A stretch of DNA of 51,765 nt from Pseudomonadota bacterium (GTDB lineage Bacteria; UBA10199; 2-02-FULL-44-16; JBDRGF01): assembly GCA_043818055.1 (NCBI GenBank), contig JBDRGF010000165.1, positions 1 through 51,765 on the forward strand, read 5' to 3'. Numbering within the stretch: the first letter of the stretch is position 1; every line of letters starts with the position of its first letter. Of the stretch, positions 39,752 through 49,759 are shown piece by piece. A program made the translations under genes and the position numbers. Under the pieces are notes generated by a model, which saw only the letters and a program-made list of their open reading frames with translations, was not told the DNA's origin and ran no database searches.

Positions 39752-41935
39752 ATGGCAGGGGTTGGTGTTTTTAAACTCAGCACGCTGAAATTTTTACAGC
39801 ATGGACCAACGGATGCGATGAATCGCTTTCTCGGTCAAGCGGGAAAGCTATCCTCTGTGCTGATTCAAAGTGATCCTCAATTGATCAATGATCGAAATTT
39901 TGCAATGGCCAACGGTTTTTTCTCAAGCCCAATGGCAAAGGCGGATTTCGTTCGAGAGAGAGTGCCGCCGCAACAGTTTGTTTCCATGGCTAATTCGCTG
40001 CTCGATGTTTTGAAGAAGAGCAGTGAGCAAGAGGCCCTTTCAAATATTCCTGCAGTTCGATTTTTTCAGGATATCGCAAATATACAGGAGAAGATGGCTG
40101 AGTTACCTGCTGCGGTTACCTTGTTGGGATATTCTTTGGCTGCCCCCCTTGAGGGAAGGTTTTATGAAAATGTAGTTCTGCCTTTTTCAGATGATGGGGA
40201 GAGCATCTCAATAGCTATGATCGATGCGATAATGGATCTCCAAATTGAAGGTGAAGCTATCGGTCGGAAAATGATAACCACATTTATGCGCGCCTTTACC
40301 GAGCGTGAAATCTCAGCTCTGGAAAAGGGTGCGGAATATACGGATGATCAAGAGCGAGTAGTTGAGCGTTTTTCCGTTCGATATCTTGGAGATTCTATTC
40401 CCGCCGGTGTAACATCAGAGGTTATTGCAAATGATCTCTTTGCTATCTCGCCATTCTCAGAATCTCCTCAAAACTGCACTCCAATCTACGGTATCTACTA
40501 TATGTTGGGATGTTTGAGTATTGGCGCTGAGAACATTGATATTGTGAGTGCTGATCCGAGAGCCGAGTATATGTTTCGATTTGCACCATCCGAGGATCTC
40601 CCCCGTGAATCTTCAAAAGTAATGGGTACGATGGATGTGGCTGTCCCATCATTAGGTACATCAGCAGTAGAACCAACGCCACTGTCGGATCCAAAACCTC
40701 AAAACAATGAACCATGGGAAAGGGTTCTGTTTTCACAATCATTCAAAATTAGCTGTAAAACAAAAAAATCCGGGAGTTATGATTTTTCACCACTATCGCA
40801 GGTGGCTAGGGAGATTGTTGCGCATATCAGTGAAGTATCCCATCGTCCAAATATGAGATTACGAAACATTCAGTTGGATGCTGATGAGGTTTATATTGCG
40901 CTCTCAAATGCCCATTCTCAAGTGCTGAAGTTAAAACAGCAGTGGTATATTGAAAATGGACGTTGGAGAAAACCATCTCAAGAGGGGGATAAGCTTGCAT
41001 GGAAGATCGATGCTAGAGGGCAGCTCTGGATCTTTATACATTTGACAAGTTCTTGTAACGTGGTTGTACCTTTCGACTTCTATAAATGGTCCTATAGCGA
41101 TGATCCGGAGAGAATCAAATATAAGATTGAGAAAAAAGATTCATGGGAAAAGGTCGAATCTGGGAAAAATCAGCAGCGAGATTTTCAGGGACACGTCTAT
41201 GCACGTCTTTCAGCACATTTTCAAACATCGGAACAGCGATGCGATGAGAAGCCAGTGATGATCAAATCACCAACACCTGTAGCAAGCGATATGTCGGATG
41301 AAGGAGAGAGGAAGCATCCCGACCCCGATGAAAGGGAGGATGCCTCGGAAGTTGAGGAAGGAGCAAAAAACGAAGGCGTTGTGGATAAACAATCTATTGT
41401 TCCAAAGGATGAAAAAGCTGCAGATTTAGTTGAGCCAGCTGTTGAAGGAGAGCCAGAAGAGAAGGGTGTTGATTCTGAAGAGGTTGTCGGCTCAAAGGAT
41501 GAGGAAGCTCCAGAGATGGGTGATGAATCTAATCCCTCAGATAAAATAAGGAGTGGCTATACACCGCCTAAAAAAGCACCGTTTCAGGAGATCACAAAGG
41601 CCAAGTTTAGAGCAGGAGCAACAAAAATAGTTAGTCGATTGTCTAAAGCGTTGAGAGCTGAATTTGGCGCTAATGCCGTTGAAGATAGGAATGTGGAGCA
41701 ATCAGTCTCCCTTTTCCTTTTAAATGCAGTTGGAAACACAAATAAAAAACAGGTCGATCGTCTCTCATGTGAAGGAAAATTTCGTTTTGGATTAAACAAT
41801 GATCAGCGCTTTTTTGAAGCTCAGTTAAAGATGGGTAAGAATGTGCGTATTATTAAAGCGCCTATAATTGTCGAAGAAGAGGGTGATGGACATACTAAGA
41901 GAGTGCGGATCAGTTTTGGTGAGATTGAGAAGTAG
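39752..41935 (+). CDS. Large hypothetical protein with acidic linker
   Basis: 727-aa ORF, AAGGAG RBS; modules resembling those of the downstream protein. Confidence 0.8.
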   Translation: MAGVGVFKLSTLKFLQHGPTDAMNRFLGQAGKLSSVLIQSDPQLINDRNFAMANGFFSSPMAKADFVRERVPPQQFVSMANSLLDVLKKSSEQEALSNIPAVRFFQDIANIQEKMAELPAAVTLLGYSLAAPLEGRFYENVVLPFSDDGESISIAMIDAIMDLQIEGEAIGRKMITTFMRAFTEREISALEKGAEYTDDQERVVERFSVRYLGDSIPAGVTSEVIANDLFAISPFSESPQNCTPIYGIYYMLGCLSIGAENIDIVSADPRAEYMFRFAPSEDLPRESSKVMGTMDVAVPSLGTSAVEPTPLSDPKPQNNEPWERVLFSQSFKISCKTKKSGSYDFSPLSQVAREIVAHISEVSHRPNMRLRNIQLDADEVYIALSNAHSQVLKLKQQWYIENGRWRKPSQEGDKLAWKIDARGQLWIFIHLTSSCNVVVPFDFYKWSYSDDPERIKYKIEKKDSWEKVESGKNQQRDFQGHVYARLSAHFQTSEQRCDEKPVMIKSPTPVASDMSDEGERKHPDPDEREDASEVEEGAKNEGVVDKQSIVPKDEKAADLVEPAVEGEPEEKGVDSEEVVGSKDEEAPEMGDESNPSDKIRSGYTPPKKAPFQEITKAKFRAGATKIVSRLSKALRAEFGANAVEDRNVEQSVSLFLLNAVGNTNKKQVDRLSCEGKFRFGLNNDQRFFEAQLKMGKNVRIIKAPIIVEEEGDGHTKRVRISFGEIEK

Positions 41936-41978
41936 GAACCTCTCTTTTAAGAATTGGAATAAGGTTAAGGAGGATAGG

Positions 41979-44900
41979 GTGACAATAACGGGTTCAGCAA
42001 TAGGGCGAAGTTTTGGGAATACCTCTCTATTTACAACACGTTTGATAGATGGGGTTTCTAAGGCGTCCAAAGAGGGACTACTTAAGTTGCTAGGATCTTC
42101 AAGCGATACGATTCAGAAGAGTGAAGTTTTTCAGAACGAATGGATTGGGAATGACCCCTATGCATCAGCTGTGGGTTCCTTTTCACGAATGGGTCAGCAG
42201 TATCAGGGCCGCTTGTCTTCGATGCGATTAGCTGAAAGTGCGAATGCCCTCTTGACGATGGCGCATAATTTGGACCAATCAGAACGTACTTCTGAACTCG
42301 ATCTCCTTCTGACGTTGGGTGATGCTCTTCAATCTCAAGAAAACGATTCCGAGAAATTGTCGAAGTTTGTGAACGGCGTTCTTTCCGGAGAGGGTGACCA
42401 ACTATTCTTTTCCGTGATGCGGGACTTGACTCAGATGGCCAATGAGAAGGTTGTGCGCGAAGAGCTTTTCGAGCCGAATCTCTTTGCTTGTATGGGTCGT
42501 TATATGGGCGAGGGTTTTTCTGATGAACTCAGTCTAGATGAGATTGTAGTCGATCTGAAATTTTTGTCCGACTTTGTGGATGACACTATCGATTTTGGCG
42601 TCATGACGATCGATCCTAAACAAGTATTGAGTGTTATCGAGAAGACCTTAAGTCAGGCCGATAATGCTGCAACTCTGAATACACTCAGCCTTAAGGTTTA
42701 TCTAAATCTCCATGGTATGGATGCACAAAAGGATGATGTTAAAACATCGGTAGATCTAGCTAGTGCCGGTATGGGTGTAATAGGCGATGCCTCAAAAAAG
42801 GAGTGGAAAAAAGGTGCTTCTGTCGATTTCACCGAACACTATCTGTCTAATAGTGAAGCCTATCAATCCATTGCTGATCATATTTGTACAGTCACCTATT
42901 CCCGCTACAATGTTACACACACGGAGGTTGATCTTTCCGTTCGAAAATATATTTCGAATATTTTGCGTAGCAATAAAGACTTGCTTGATAAGATTAAAGA
43001 TGAGGGTCAGATACGCTGGAAATATGATGCGAGTGAAGGAAAATATTATATACAGTTTGGCGATTGGAAAGACAATGTCGTCGAACTACTCCTTGTTGAA
43101 TATCCGGAACAAAAAGAATTGGGAATGGTTGTCTATTCTATCGGAGCTCGCAGGAAAACACGAAATCTGGGTTATGATAATATTATCATTCGAAAGATTT
43201 CGATGGTGCCGCAGAGCTTTGAGCTTTTGGAGGGGGATGACCATGTTCATCATCAATTGCCGATTCAAGAATTGCGATTGATAGGTGATGTTGAGTTTAA
43301 AATGGAGGATTTTGTTTCGGAACGTTCAGTGCTGAGTCGAATGGTTGTGAAGCATCTTCGAGATCAGCATAATATTCGCATGCAGTCCATTGCCATCGCT
43401 CGTTCACTCGCTATTTATCGAAATAAATTGATCGAAGAGGTCTCTCCACTTTTTACTAATCCTCTCGGCTATGCATTTGCGATTGCCCATGGCGGAACTC
43501 TTTGGATAAAGATTCGACTTACGAATGATAAGATTTTTTCCTATCCGCTGGGAATGTATTACAACGATTATGACACAACTCGTCCAACTTTCATGATCGC
43601 TCTAAAACGTCCACATGAATTAGAAAGTGATTTTAAGAGATCTGAAACCGAAGCAGAGAAATCGGTTCCGGTCGCCTTACCGGCTCAACCGGATGAAAAA
43701 ATGAGCAGCTCTACCGAAGGGAATCTGCTCTATCATAAATCAGATTCACGTTTTTTAACTGCAGCCCAAGAACTCCACGACCTTCTGAGAGGGAACGCGC
43801 TCTTGAATGATTCCGATGATGTTTCAATCGCCTCTCTTCAGCAGACAATTCGCACTTTTGTTGATGGTATGAAGCGATTTTATTCTGAGAAATCCGTATC
43901 CTTGCAACGAGAAATGGTGGCCGATGATGTTGAATGTCAAAAGTCGATTAATGGTGCAAAGGAGTTGGCCTCCGGTTGGAGCTCCACCTATTTTCGAAGA
44001 GTTGGAATTCAAAAGGGTAAGAATGATCAAGATACACCCTTCATTGAATTTCGCCATCATGAGGGAAGGATCTTTCGTCAGCAGATTGATGTCGATCGAT
44101 CAGGAGAGAGGGCTTCAGTCATAATCGGTCGAGAGATCACCAGTTATAAGTCGACATCTAAATCGGTGACCTCTCACCAGAATACCTATTCAGGGGCAGT
44201 TGTCTCTTCGGATGGTGAGGTTCTGATTCAGATTCAAGATGAGATTAAGCGTTTTGTTTCGATTCAAGATGCAAAGGATCGTTTGAAACGCTTTTTGGAT
44301 CTTCGTAAGATATTTACTGGTGGATCGATCGGTAACGATATCATGAAGTATTTGGATCAGATCTATTTAGATGCCTATGGTAAACAAAGCTCTCAGGAAC
44401 TATTTCAAGAGGTCAAGCAAGCTCGCTGGCGAATCGATGGAGGGCGTGTTCAATTTGAGGTCAAGCTGCACAATAGTGAATATGTGACCATTCCGTTGCG
44501 TTTCTATGTTCTATCTAGGGATTTGCGCGACGTGCTGATTGCCAATGCGGGCTTGGGTGATCAAAACGTGCATGCAGAGATTGGAACAAATGATTTTTAC
44601 TATAAATGTTTTGACGAGCTTCGTGAGAACTCGGTGCAGTCTGTTGTGCCGGTCGAACAGTGGTTCAACATGTCTTTGCCAGCCATAGATGATGATTATT
44701 ATCTTTTTAATTCGAATGAGAAAAACCGTCTTTTATTTTCAAGTCATGATAGAGAGACCGAATTAAAATCATTCGATGAAGCGGTTGCTATTTTGGAAAA
44801 ACATTTTAAGGATGTAGCTCGAAATCAATTAATTCTTCCACGATCTTTAAATCAAGTATTGAAAGATTATTTAAGAGATGTGGCCCTGCAGACGACTGAA

Positions 44901-45650
44901 AAAGCGGTCTCCAATACGAGAATTTCTAATGCAGCCTATAAAGCTGAAAGGAGTGAAGAATCCTATAAAGAGTATTTAAGAGTTCAGGAATATGCGGAAA
45001 AACAGAAGATATGGGCAGATCGCATTCTATCTTTAGATTTTGTTGTCAGTCATCGATACGTTGAGCCTGGAACTATTGAGTTGAAATTTCGACTTAACAA
45101 TGAAGATGGCATCTTTCATCGTATGTATCTGAATGTCTTTATAATGGATGTGAATCACGGTGAGGGAGAGTTTAAAGATCGTTACCAATATCGTGGTGAA
45201 TATGTCTGTCACAACGTTTCAGGCACCTTCGAGGGGGATGATCGTGAGCAACCTCTTCCAGTTGAAGAAAATGGTACAGCTTATCGGGATGAAATTCATT
45301 GTTTGCCAGAGATGGAGATAGAAAGCTCCGAATTTTGTCCTGTTCCTGCCTTTACCCGGGAATTCAGCACTTATCTTCAGAGTGCAGGATACGAGATCAC
45401 ATCTCAAGATGTGATGGCCATGCTCGAGGCAAAGTTGAGTATAGAGGGGCTGCTGATGCAGGATAATACGATGATGCGTTTAGGTATTAAAAATGGGGTT
45501 GTCGCATTGGAGATTCAGACCCCGAATTGGAGTGAACATAAGACATATTTTTTTACACTCGTAGAGGTTACAAAAGTTGTTTCGGGAAGGGAGATCTCCT
45601 ATTTTGATCTTTCACCTTTCACCTTTAAGGGGACTCATCGGAATTGGTAA
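41979..45650 (+). CDS. Very large hypothetical repeat-module protein
   Basis: Long ORF; GTG at 41979 follows AAGGAGGA and avoids overlap with the upstream gene. Confidence 0.8.
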   Translation: MTITGSAIGRSFGNTSLFTTRLIDGVSKASKEGLLKLLGSSSDTIQKSEVFQNEWIGNDPYASAVGSFSRMGQQYQGRLSSMRLAESANALLTMAHNLDQSERTSELDLLLTLGDALQSQENDSEKLSKFVNGVLSGEGDQLFFSVMRDLTQMANEKVVREELFEPNLFACMGRYMGEGFSDELSLDEIVVDLKFLSDFVDDTIDFGVMTIDPKQVLSVIEKTLSQADNAATLNTLSLKVYLNLHGMDAQKDDVKTSVDLASAGMGVIGDASKKEWKKGASVDFTEHYLSNSEAYQSIADHICTVTYSRYNVTHTEVDLSVRKYISNILRSNKDLLDKIKDEGQIRWKYDASEGKYYIQFGDWKDNVVELLLVEYPEQKELGMVVYSIGARRKTRNLGYDNIIIRKISMVPQSFELLEGDDHVHHQLPIQELRLIGDVEFKMEDFVSERSVLSRMVVKHLRDQHNIRMQSIAIARSLAIYRNKLIEEVSPLFTNPLGYAFAIAHGGTLWIKIRLTNDKIFSYPLGMYYNDYDTTRPTFMIALKRPHELESDFKRSETEAEKSVPVALPAQPDEKMSSSTEGNLLYHKSDSRFLTAAQELHDLLRGNALLNDSDDVSIASLQQTIRTFVDGMKRFYSEKSVSLQREMVADDVECQKSINGAKELASGWSSTYFRRVGIQKGKNDQDTPFIEFRHHEGRIFRQQIDVDRSGERASVIIGREITSYKSTSKSVTSHQNTYSGAVVSSDGEVLIQIQDEIKRFVSIQDAKDRLKRFLDLRKIFTGGSIGNDIMKYLDQIYLDAYGKQSSQELFQEVKQARWRIDGGRVQFEVKLHNSEYVTIPLRFYVLSRDLRDVLIANAGLGDQNVHAEIGTNDFYYKCFDELRENSVQSVVPVEQWFNMSLPAIDDDYYLFNSNEKNRLLFSSHDRETELKSFDEAVAILEKHFKDVARNQLILPRSLNQVLKDYLRDVALQTTEKAVSNTRISNAAYKAERSEESYKEYLRVQEYAEKQKIWADRILSLDFVVSHRYVEPGTIELKFRLNNEDGIFHRMYLNVFIMDVNHGEGEFKDRYQYRGEYVCHNVSGTFEGDDREQPLPVEENGTAYRDEIHCLPEMEIESSEFCPVPAFTREFSTYLQSAGYEITSQDVMAMLEAKLSIEGLLMQDNTMMRLGIKNGVVALEIQTPNWSEHKTYFFTLVEVTKVVSGREISYFDLSPFTFKGTHRNW

Positions 45651-45654
45651 TACA

Positions 45655-45688
45655 ATATAGGAACTTTCTGAAAAAGTGGACGGGATAT
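45655..45688 (+). repeat. IS-end-like repeat, copy 1
   Basis: atataggaactttctgaaaa...ggatat, also at 50885-50918. Confidence 0.5.
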
Positions 45689-46053
45689 AAAAGCCAAAAT
45701 TGGTATGATTCGAAGGATTTTGCAGCTATTTTTTCAAAAAATATCGGTGATGCATTTAAAAACAATGATTTTTTATAAAATGAGAGATGAAGAGTTTGTT
45801 ATCGATTCTATTCGGCGATGACGATTTAGCATTTTAAACGCACTCACCCATCACCAGCTGATTTCCTGGTTGAAGTATGACTCATCCCACTCTTGCTCCT
45901 GGCAGATATTTTCCTTCTGATTCTCTGAGAATAGGGAGTAACTTGTTTCATTCTCATTTGGTTCGTATTTTTCAAATTCAAGTTTAGGTGGTACTCTGGC
46001 GGCATAAGGAAAAGCCCGTTGAATGAGTTTATATCGCAGGATTCACCTCTTAT

Positions 46054-46079
46054 TGTCATCCCCACGGAGGCGGGGATCC
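46054..46079. repeat. Half copy of the REP/RPE-like palindrome
   Basis: tgtcatccccacggaggcggggatcc resembles 17-42. Confidence 0.6.
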
Positions 46080-46117
46080 GATAATAATTGAAAAAAATAT
46101 CATGATTCTCACAACTA

Positions 46118-48169
46118 TTAAAGACTAAACGGATCGATCCCATCAAACTTCTCTGAAAAAGCACACGTGACCTCTGCAACAGACTTGATGGCAAGAGTTG
46201 TGTTGTATTTTGATTCATTAGTCAGAAGGGGTTTTCCAACCTCCTCGACTCCCTTTGAATTTGGCCATTGTGCCCACATGCTATTTTTCTTTCTCCTAAA
46301 TCCCATCTGTTGTGTTGTGTTTCGATAGAGCTGAATGATGCGATCTTTGAGCGATAAGAATTTCTCCAGTTCATCAATGAAACTTTGATCATTTGATTGT
46401 CTTATAATTTCTGGGATTCGAGGCACATCCATATTTTCCAGATAGTGCCTAGCATCCAAATCATTTTGTACAAGATAAATACCCAGAAATGCTGATGGAA
46501 CATGAGGATACGCACACTTTATGAAGCTACCATCGATAAAACGAACCGATCCATTTCCTAATTTCACTAAAATTCTTGTTCCAACTATAGCTAACCATTC
46601 CAGCGGATTCATTCCTCCTGAGAATTTTTTAAACTCTTCATAACTCTCCTGGTTGCCATTCCTTGCACCCTGAATTTGTACAATATCGAGAGAATTTTCT
46701 GAGATGCAGAAACCAAGCTTTGCTAGAATAGCATTTTTATGTTTAAGCATGAAACGCATCCCGCCAATCGATTCATGATCTCCTTTGACAATTCTCAATG
46801 AAAAGCCATTGAAAAGGTCGATGCCATCAAAATCGATTTTGCGAAGTTGTTCTAAAAATCTGAATTTATTCTTTAAATTTATTACACAGTCCTCTGGCTT
46901 CATCGTTCCTAAAAAATAGGTTGTGGATATTGAACTTGGCTCAGAAATGACACCCTTATCAGCAAAACTTTTCAATGCCTTAATTTCTGGGATAGTAAAA
47001 TCATTATTCCCTCTCATCCTTATCTCATAGAGTGCCTCCGCGAGTGGGCAATTATTATATGGTAGATTATTTTTAAAATCATCTAAATCAGGATCGTTAC
47101 TGAAGAGATTATCCAGGAGAAATTTTGTTGCTGCAACTCCTGCAAAACGCACCTTGATATTGTTTCTAAGAAGATGATTCCAGGTTTCACTCCCCGCAAG
47201 TATCACCACTTTGATGTTATATTGTGGTTCTTCTGATGGATCCCATCCCTCAATCAGTTCTAGCAATATACTCAACTCTTCATCGCAAACATAATGAATG
47301 TTCTCTACTAACCTCTCTGAATATTCGCGATTAGTCGATGCCAACACTGCTGCGGCTTTAATTGGATTATCGAAGAATCTTGCAGCATGGAGAACCTTGA
47401 ACTGTTCATTCTTTAATATGACATCGATTGTAGAGATATCCTCAAGTGTGATTGGATGCCTCTGTTTCATTTTTTTTCGGGAAAAGAGATTCAATAATGT
47501 TGCGATGCATTGTGGATCGAGATGATCTACTGGTATCCCGTTTAAATCAAAGCACCGCTCGAATTTTTTTCTATTAGTTTTTACTGCACGGTCATAATTT
47601 TCATTCAAAGCTATTAAGCCGCGATCATTGAATTCATGGACGTATCTTGAGATGTTAAGATAGGTGTAAAAAACTCCACTTGTATTATATTTGTCTCCCA
47701 GAATTGTCCATATTCTTTGATTGATCTTTTTTATTATCTCATTGAATTTTGTTCTGAACGGCTCAGGAAATTTAATAATAGCCATTTCGGTTCTTTCACT
47801 AATATACATATAATCTGTCGCAGTATCAAAGATTCCTGCGAGTTGCTCTCCAGATATCTCTTTATCAACTACACCAAACGAGACTTCAAACTTCTCCGAG
47901 GAATGCCTTGCAATTTGAATTAGGTCGGAAAGATTTTGTGCCTTTTCTACTCTTTCTTCTAAACCTAGTTCAGGCTTAGCGATGTGGCGATCATGCTGTG
48001 GTGAAAATAGGGCGTGAGCTGTATGAGTTGGATAGAGCAGCGATGTATCAGGTTGTTCGCAGTAGCTTGAAACCGGATCCACCGAATCATGTGGATGCAG
48101 TGGTTCAACGCTCCGATTTAATGATAGAAGCTGTCTAAAATTCAATCTGCTCAATCTATGCATACCCAT
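46118..48169 (-). CDS. Hypothetical protein with C-terminal VirK/DUF535-like domain
   Basis: 683-aa ORF; LGF.....LDIVQIQG...FKKFSGGMNPLEWL...Y...QQMGF resembles the DUF535 pattern. Confidence 0.65.
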   Translation of the reverse strand: MGMHRLSRLNFRQLLSLNRSVEPLHPHDSVDPVSSYCEQPDTSLLYPTHTAHALFSPQHDRHIAKPELGLEERVEKAQNLSDLIQIARHSSEKFEVSFGVVDKEISGEQLAGIFDTATDYMYISERTEMAIIKFPEPFRTKFNEIIKKINQRIWTILGDKYNTSGVFYTYLNISRYVHEFNDRGLIALNENYDRAVKTNRKKFERCFDLNGIPVDHLDPQCIATLLNLFSRKKMKQRHPITLEDISTIDVILKNEQFKVLHAARFFDNPIKAAAVLASTNREYSERLVENIHYVCDEELSILLELIEGWDPSEEPQYNIKVVILAGSETWNHLLRNNIKVRFAGVAATKFLLDNLFSNDPDLDDFKNNLPYNNCPLAEALYEIRMRGNNDFTIPEIKALKSFADKGVISEPSSISTTYFLGTMKPEDCVINLKNKFRFLEQLRKIDFDGIDLFNGFSLRIVKGDHESIGGMRFMLKHKNAILAKLGFCISENSLDIVQIQGARNGNQESYEEFKKFSGGMNPLEWLAIVGTRILVKLGNGSVRFIDGSFIKCAYPHVPSAFLGIYLVQNDLDARHYLENMDVPRIPEIIRQSNDQSFIDELEKFLSLKDRIIQLYRNTTQQMGFRRKKNSMWAQWPNSKGVEEVGKPLLTNESKYNTTLAIKSVAEVTCAFSEKFDGIDPFSL

Positions 48170-48179
48170 ATCTCTATTG

Positions 48180-48206
48180 TTATCGGCGAATTCGGATAAT
48201 AGTTGC
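48180..48206 (-). promoter_or_regulatory. GCAAC-N14-GCCGATAA motif
   Basis: Minus strand gcaactattatccgaattcgccgataa, 10 nt before ATG 48169. Confidence 0.65.
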
Positions 48207-48218
48207 TAAGATTATAAT

Positions 48219-48826
48219 CCACAATCCGACACTTTAAAAAAAGATGGGGGGTTTTCGTTATTTGGAGGTTAATTTTTTTTGAAAAAAACTGTAATTTTAA
48301 CCTCAAAATTATTTTTTTATCTTTTTTCTGTTCATATCACCCATATCACATACAAAAACCGGCTGATATCACATCCTCAGATAACACTTGTCCATCAAGT
48401 GTTTCCACCTCCTTCCCTGAACTCTGTTTTTTTCGTTTCTCTGTTTTTTTCTACGGCACAGCCAATGCGAATATCTTCTCCCGCGCTTCCTTATATATCC
48501 TGAAAGATGGATGACCACGGCTTAACTTCAATATGATGCTCCTCACCGTCTTTACCACCTTTCCCGCTATACACAATAACTTAAACCTCAATCGCTTCAT
48601 ATGGCAGTGCTTTAGGAAGATTCCTCTTATTTCCTTCGTCGGAATCAGGACTTCTTTTCTCTATCAACGACTGAAGAGCACGATCCCCCTGCAACATCTG
48701 TACATCTTCCATGTGTTCCCCGCCGGATACTACGATACCGATTATCGCCTCGATCAGCTCGTTCTCACTCCAACCCGCCTCTTTTACCCTCACATGCTTT
48801 CTTATCAGCCTGGGTAGCTTGAGTTT
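48219..48826 (-). mobile_element. Degraded IS1380-family element (internally deleted transposase and putative right end)
   Basis: KLKLPRLIRKHVRVKEAGWS...GGEHMEDV..L..D fused to C-terminal KRLRFKLLCIAGKVVKT..(stop 48451); matches the IS at the window end; terminal ccacaatccgacactt also occurs at 5500-5515. Confidence 0.75.
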
Positions 48827-49486
48827 GAGGTTCGAATATCATGGTAGTGTTTACAAGGGTCCTAATATAACTTGAAAAAACTTCAAAATAATCCTTAGTC
48901 GGAACAAAATTTCTCATTAATACGATTAATGGTTGCCTCACTGAAACGTTTTCTAAAACTGAACTATTTACAAGTCTTTGCTTAATTTGCCAAGGTATGT
49001 TACTTATATCATCTTCCGTTTCCGCCCCTTCAATTCCAGCAATTGTCTTAAGAGATTCTAGTAGAGCGTCAAATCTTGTATCTGCATCGTAAACATCTAC
49101 ATCGACAAAAACATTACCCAACCCTTTAAGGGCAGCACTGAGCATTTCATTTGCAACTCTGATTGTAGAGTGCGATATGTGTGAGTGATCAATGCAAGCC
49201 ATAGAGTCTTCTTCATTTAAAATTGCATTAATAGTCCGTTGATTTTTTTCCTTAATTTCATCTTCGGAAAGCTTTACGCGCCCCCCATTTTAATAGCTTC
49301 TTCTCTCGCAGTATCATCAAGTAGTTTTGTTATGACGAAATCTGATTTTCTTGAATTTTCAGTAGCATCGTCACTTAATTCAATGCCATATGCTCTAAGC
49401 CACTCGGATGCTTTCTCAACAAAACGCACGATTGATTTTACTTTGGAGCTTGGGATTTCTGGTACATAAAACCGTCTCTTTCCCAT
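48827..49486 (-). pseudogene. Frameshifted, 3'-truncated hypothetical gene
   Basis: ORFs 49486-49274 and 49202-48765 join if one G is added to the G6 run at 49281-49286; 3' end is fused to the IS1380 remnant. Confidence 0.6.
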
Positions 49487-49507
49487 AACCTCTTTTGCAA
49501 TTGAGAC

Positions 49508-49704
49508 TCCCTCACGAGATCACGCTGCCCTCCCAGAGTTATCTGCAGACAACTCTGGGCCACGTGCCATCAAGCATCGCTTTTGACTCCTATAAACCCT
49601 CAAGCCCGGGCTTCGGGTGGTGAATTTCGGAATTCTCCCACCATCGGGGATTCTTGCCCTTTTCTCCCCTTTCTCCTATGTTAAAAGAAATGTGCCTCGC
49701 ACAC
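49508..49704 (-). mobile_element. Second, shorter group II intron 5' fragment
   Basis: 49508-49709 aligns ungapped to 39460-39661 (11 mismatches in 202 bp by eye); same GTTGC|GTGTG junction. Confidence 0.7.
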
Positions 49705-49731
49705 GCAACAAACTTGAGATTTAGCCGATAA
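49705..49731 (+). promoter_or_regulatory. GCAAC-N14-GCCGATAA motif
   Basis: Upstream of 49760. Confidence 0.65.
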
Positions 49732-49759
49732 TTAATTGTAAGTTAAAAAGGAGATTGCT

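Noticed and set aside
41868..41978. Longer N-terminus for the 1260-aa ORF
   Set aside because: It overlaps the upstream gene; GTG 41979 has a strong RBS
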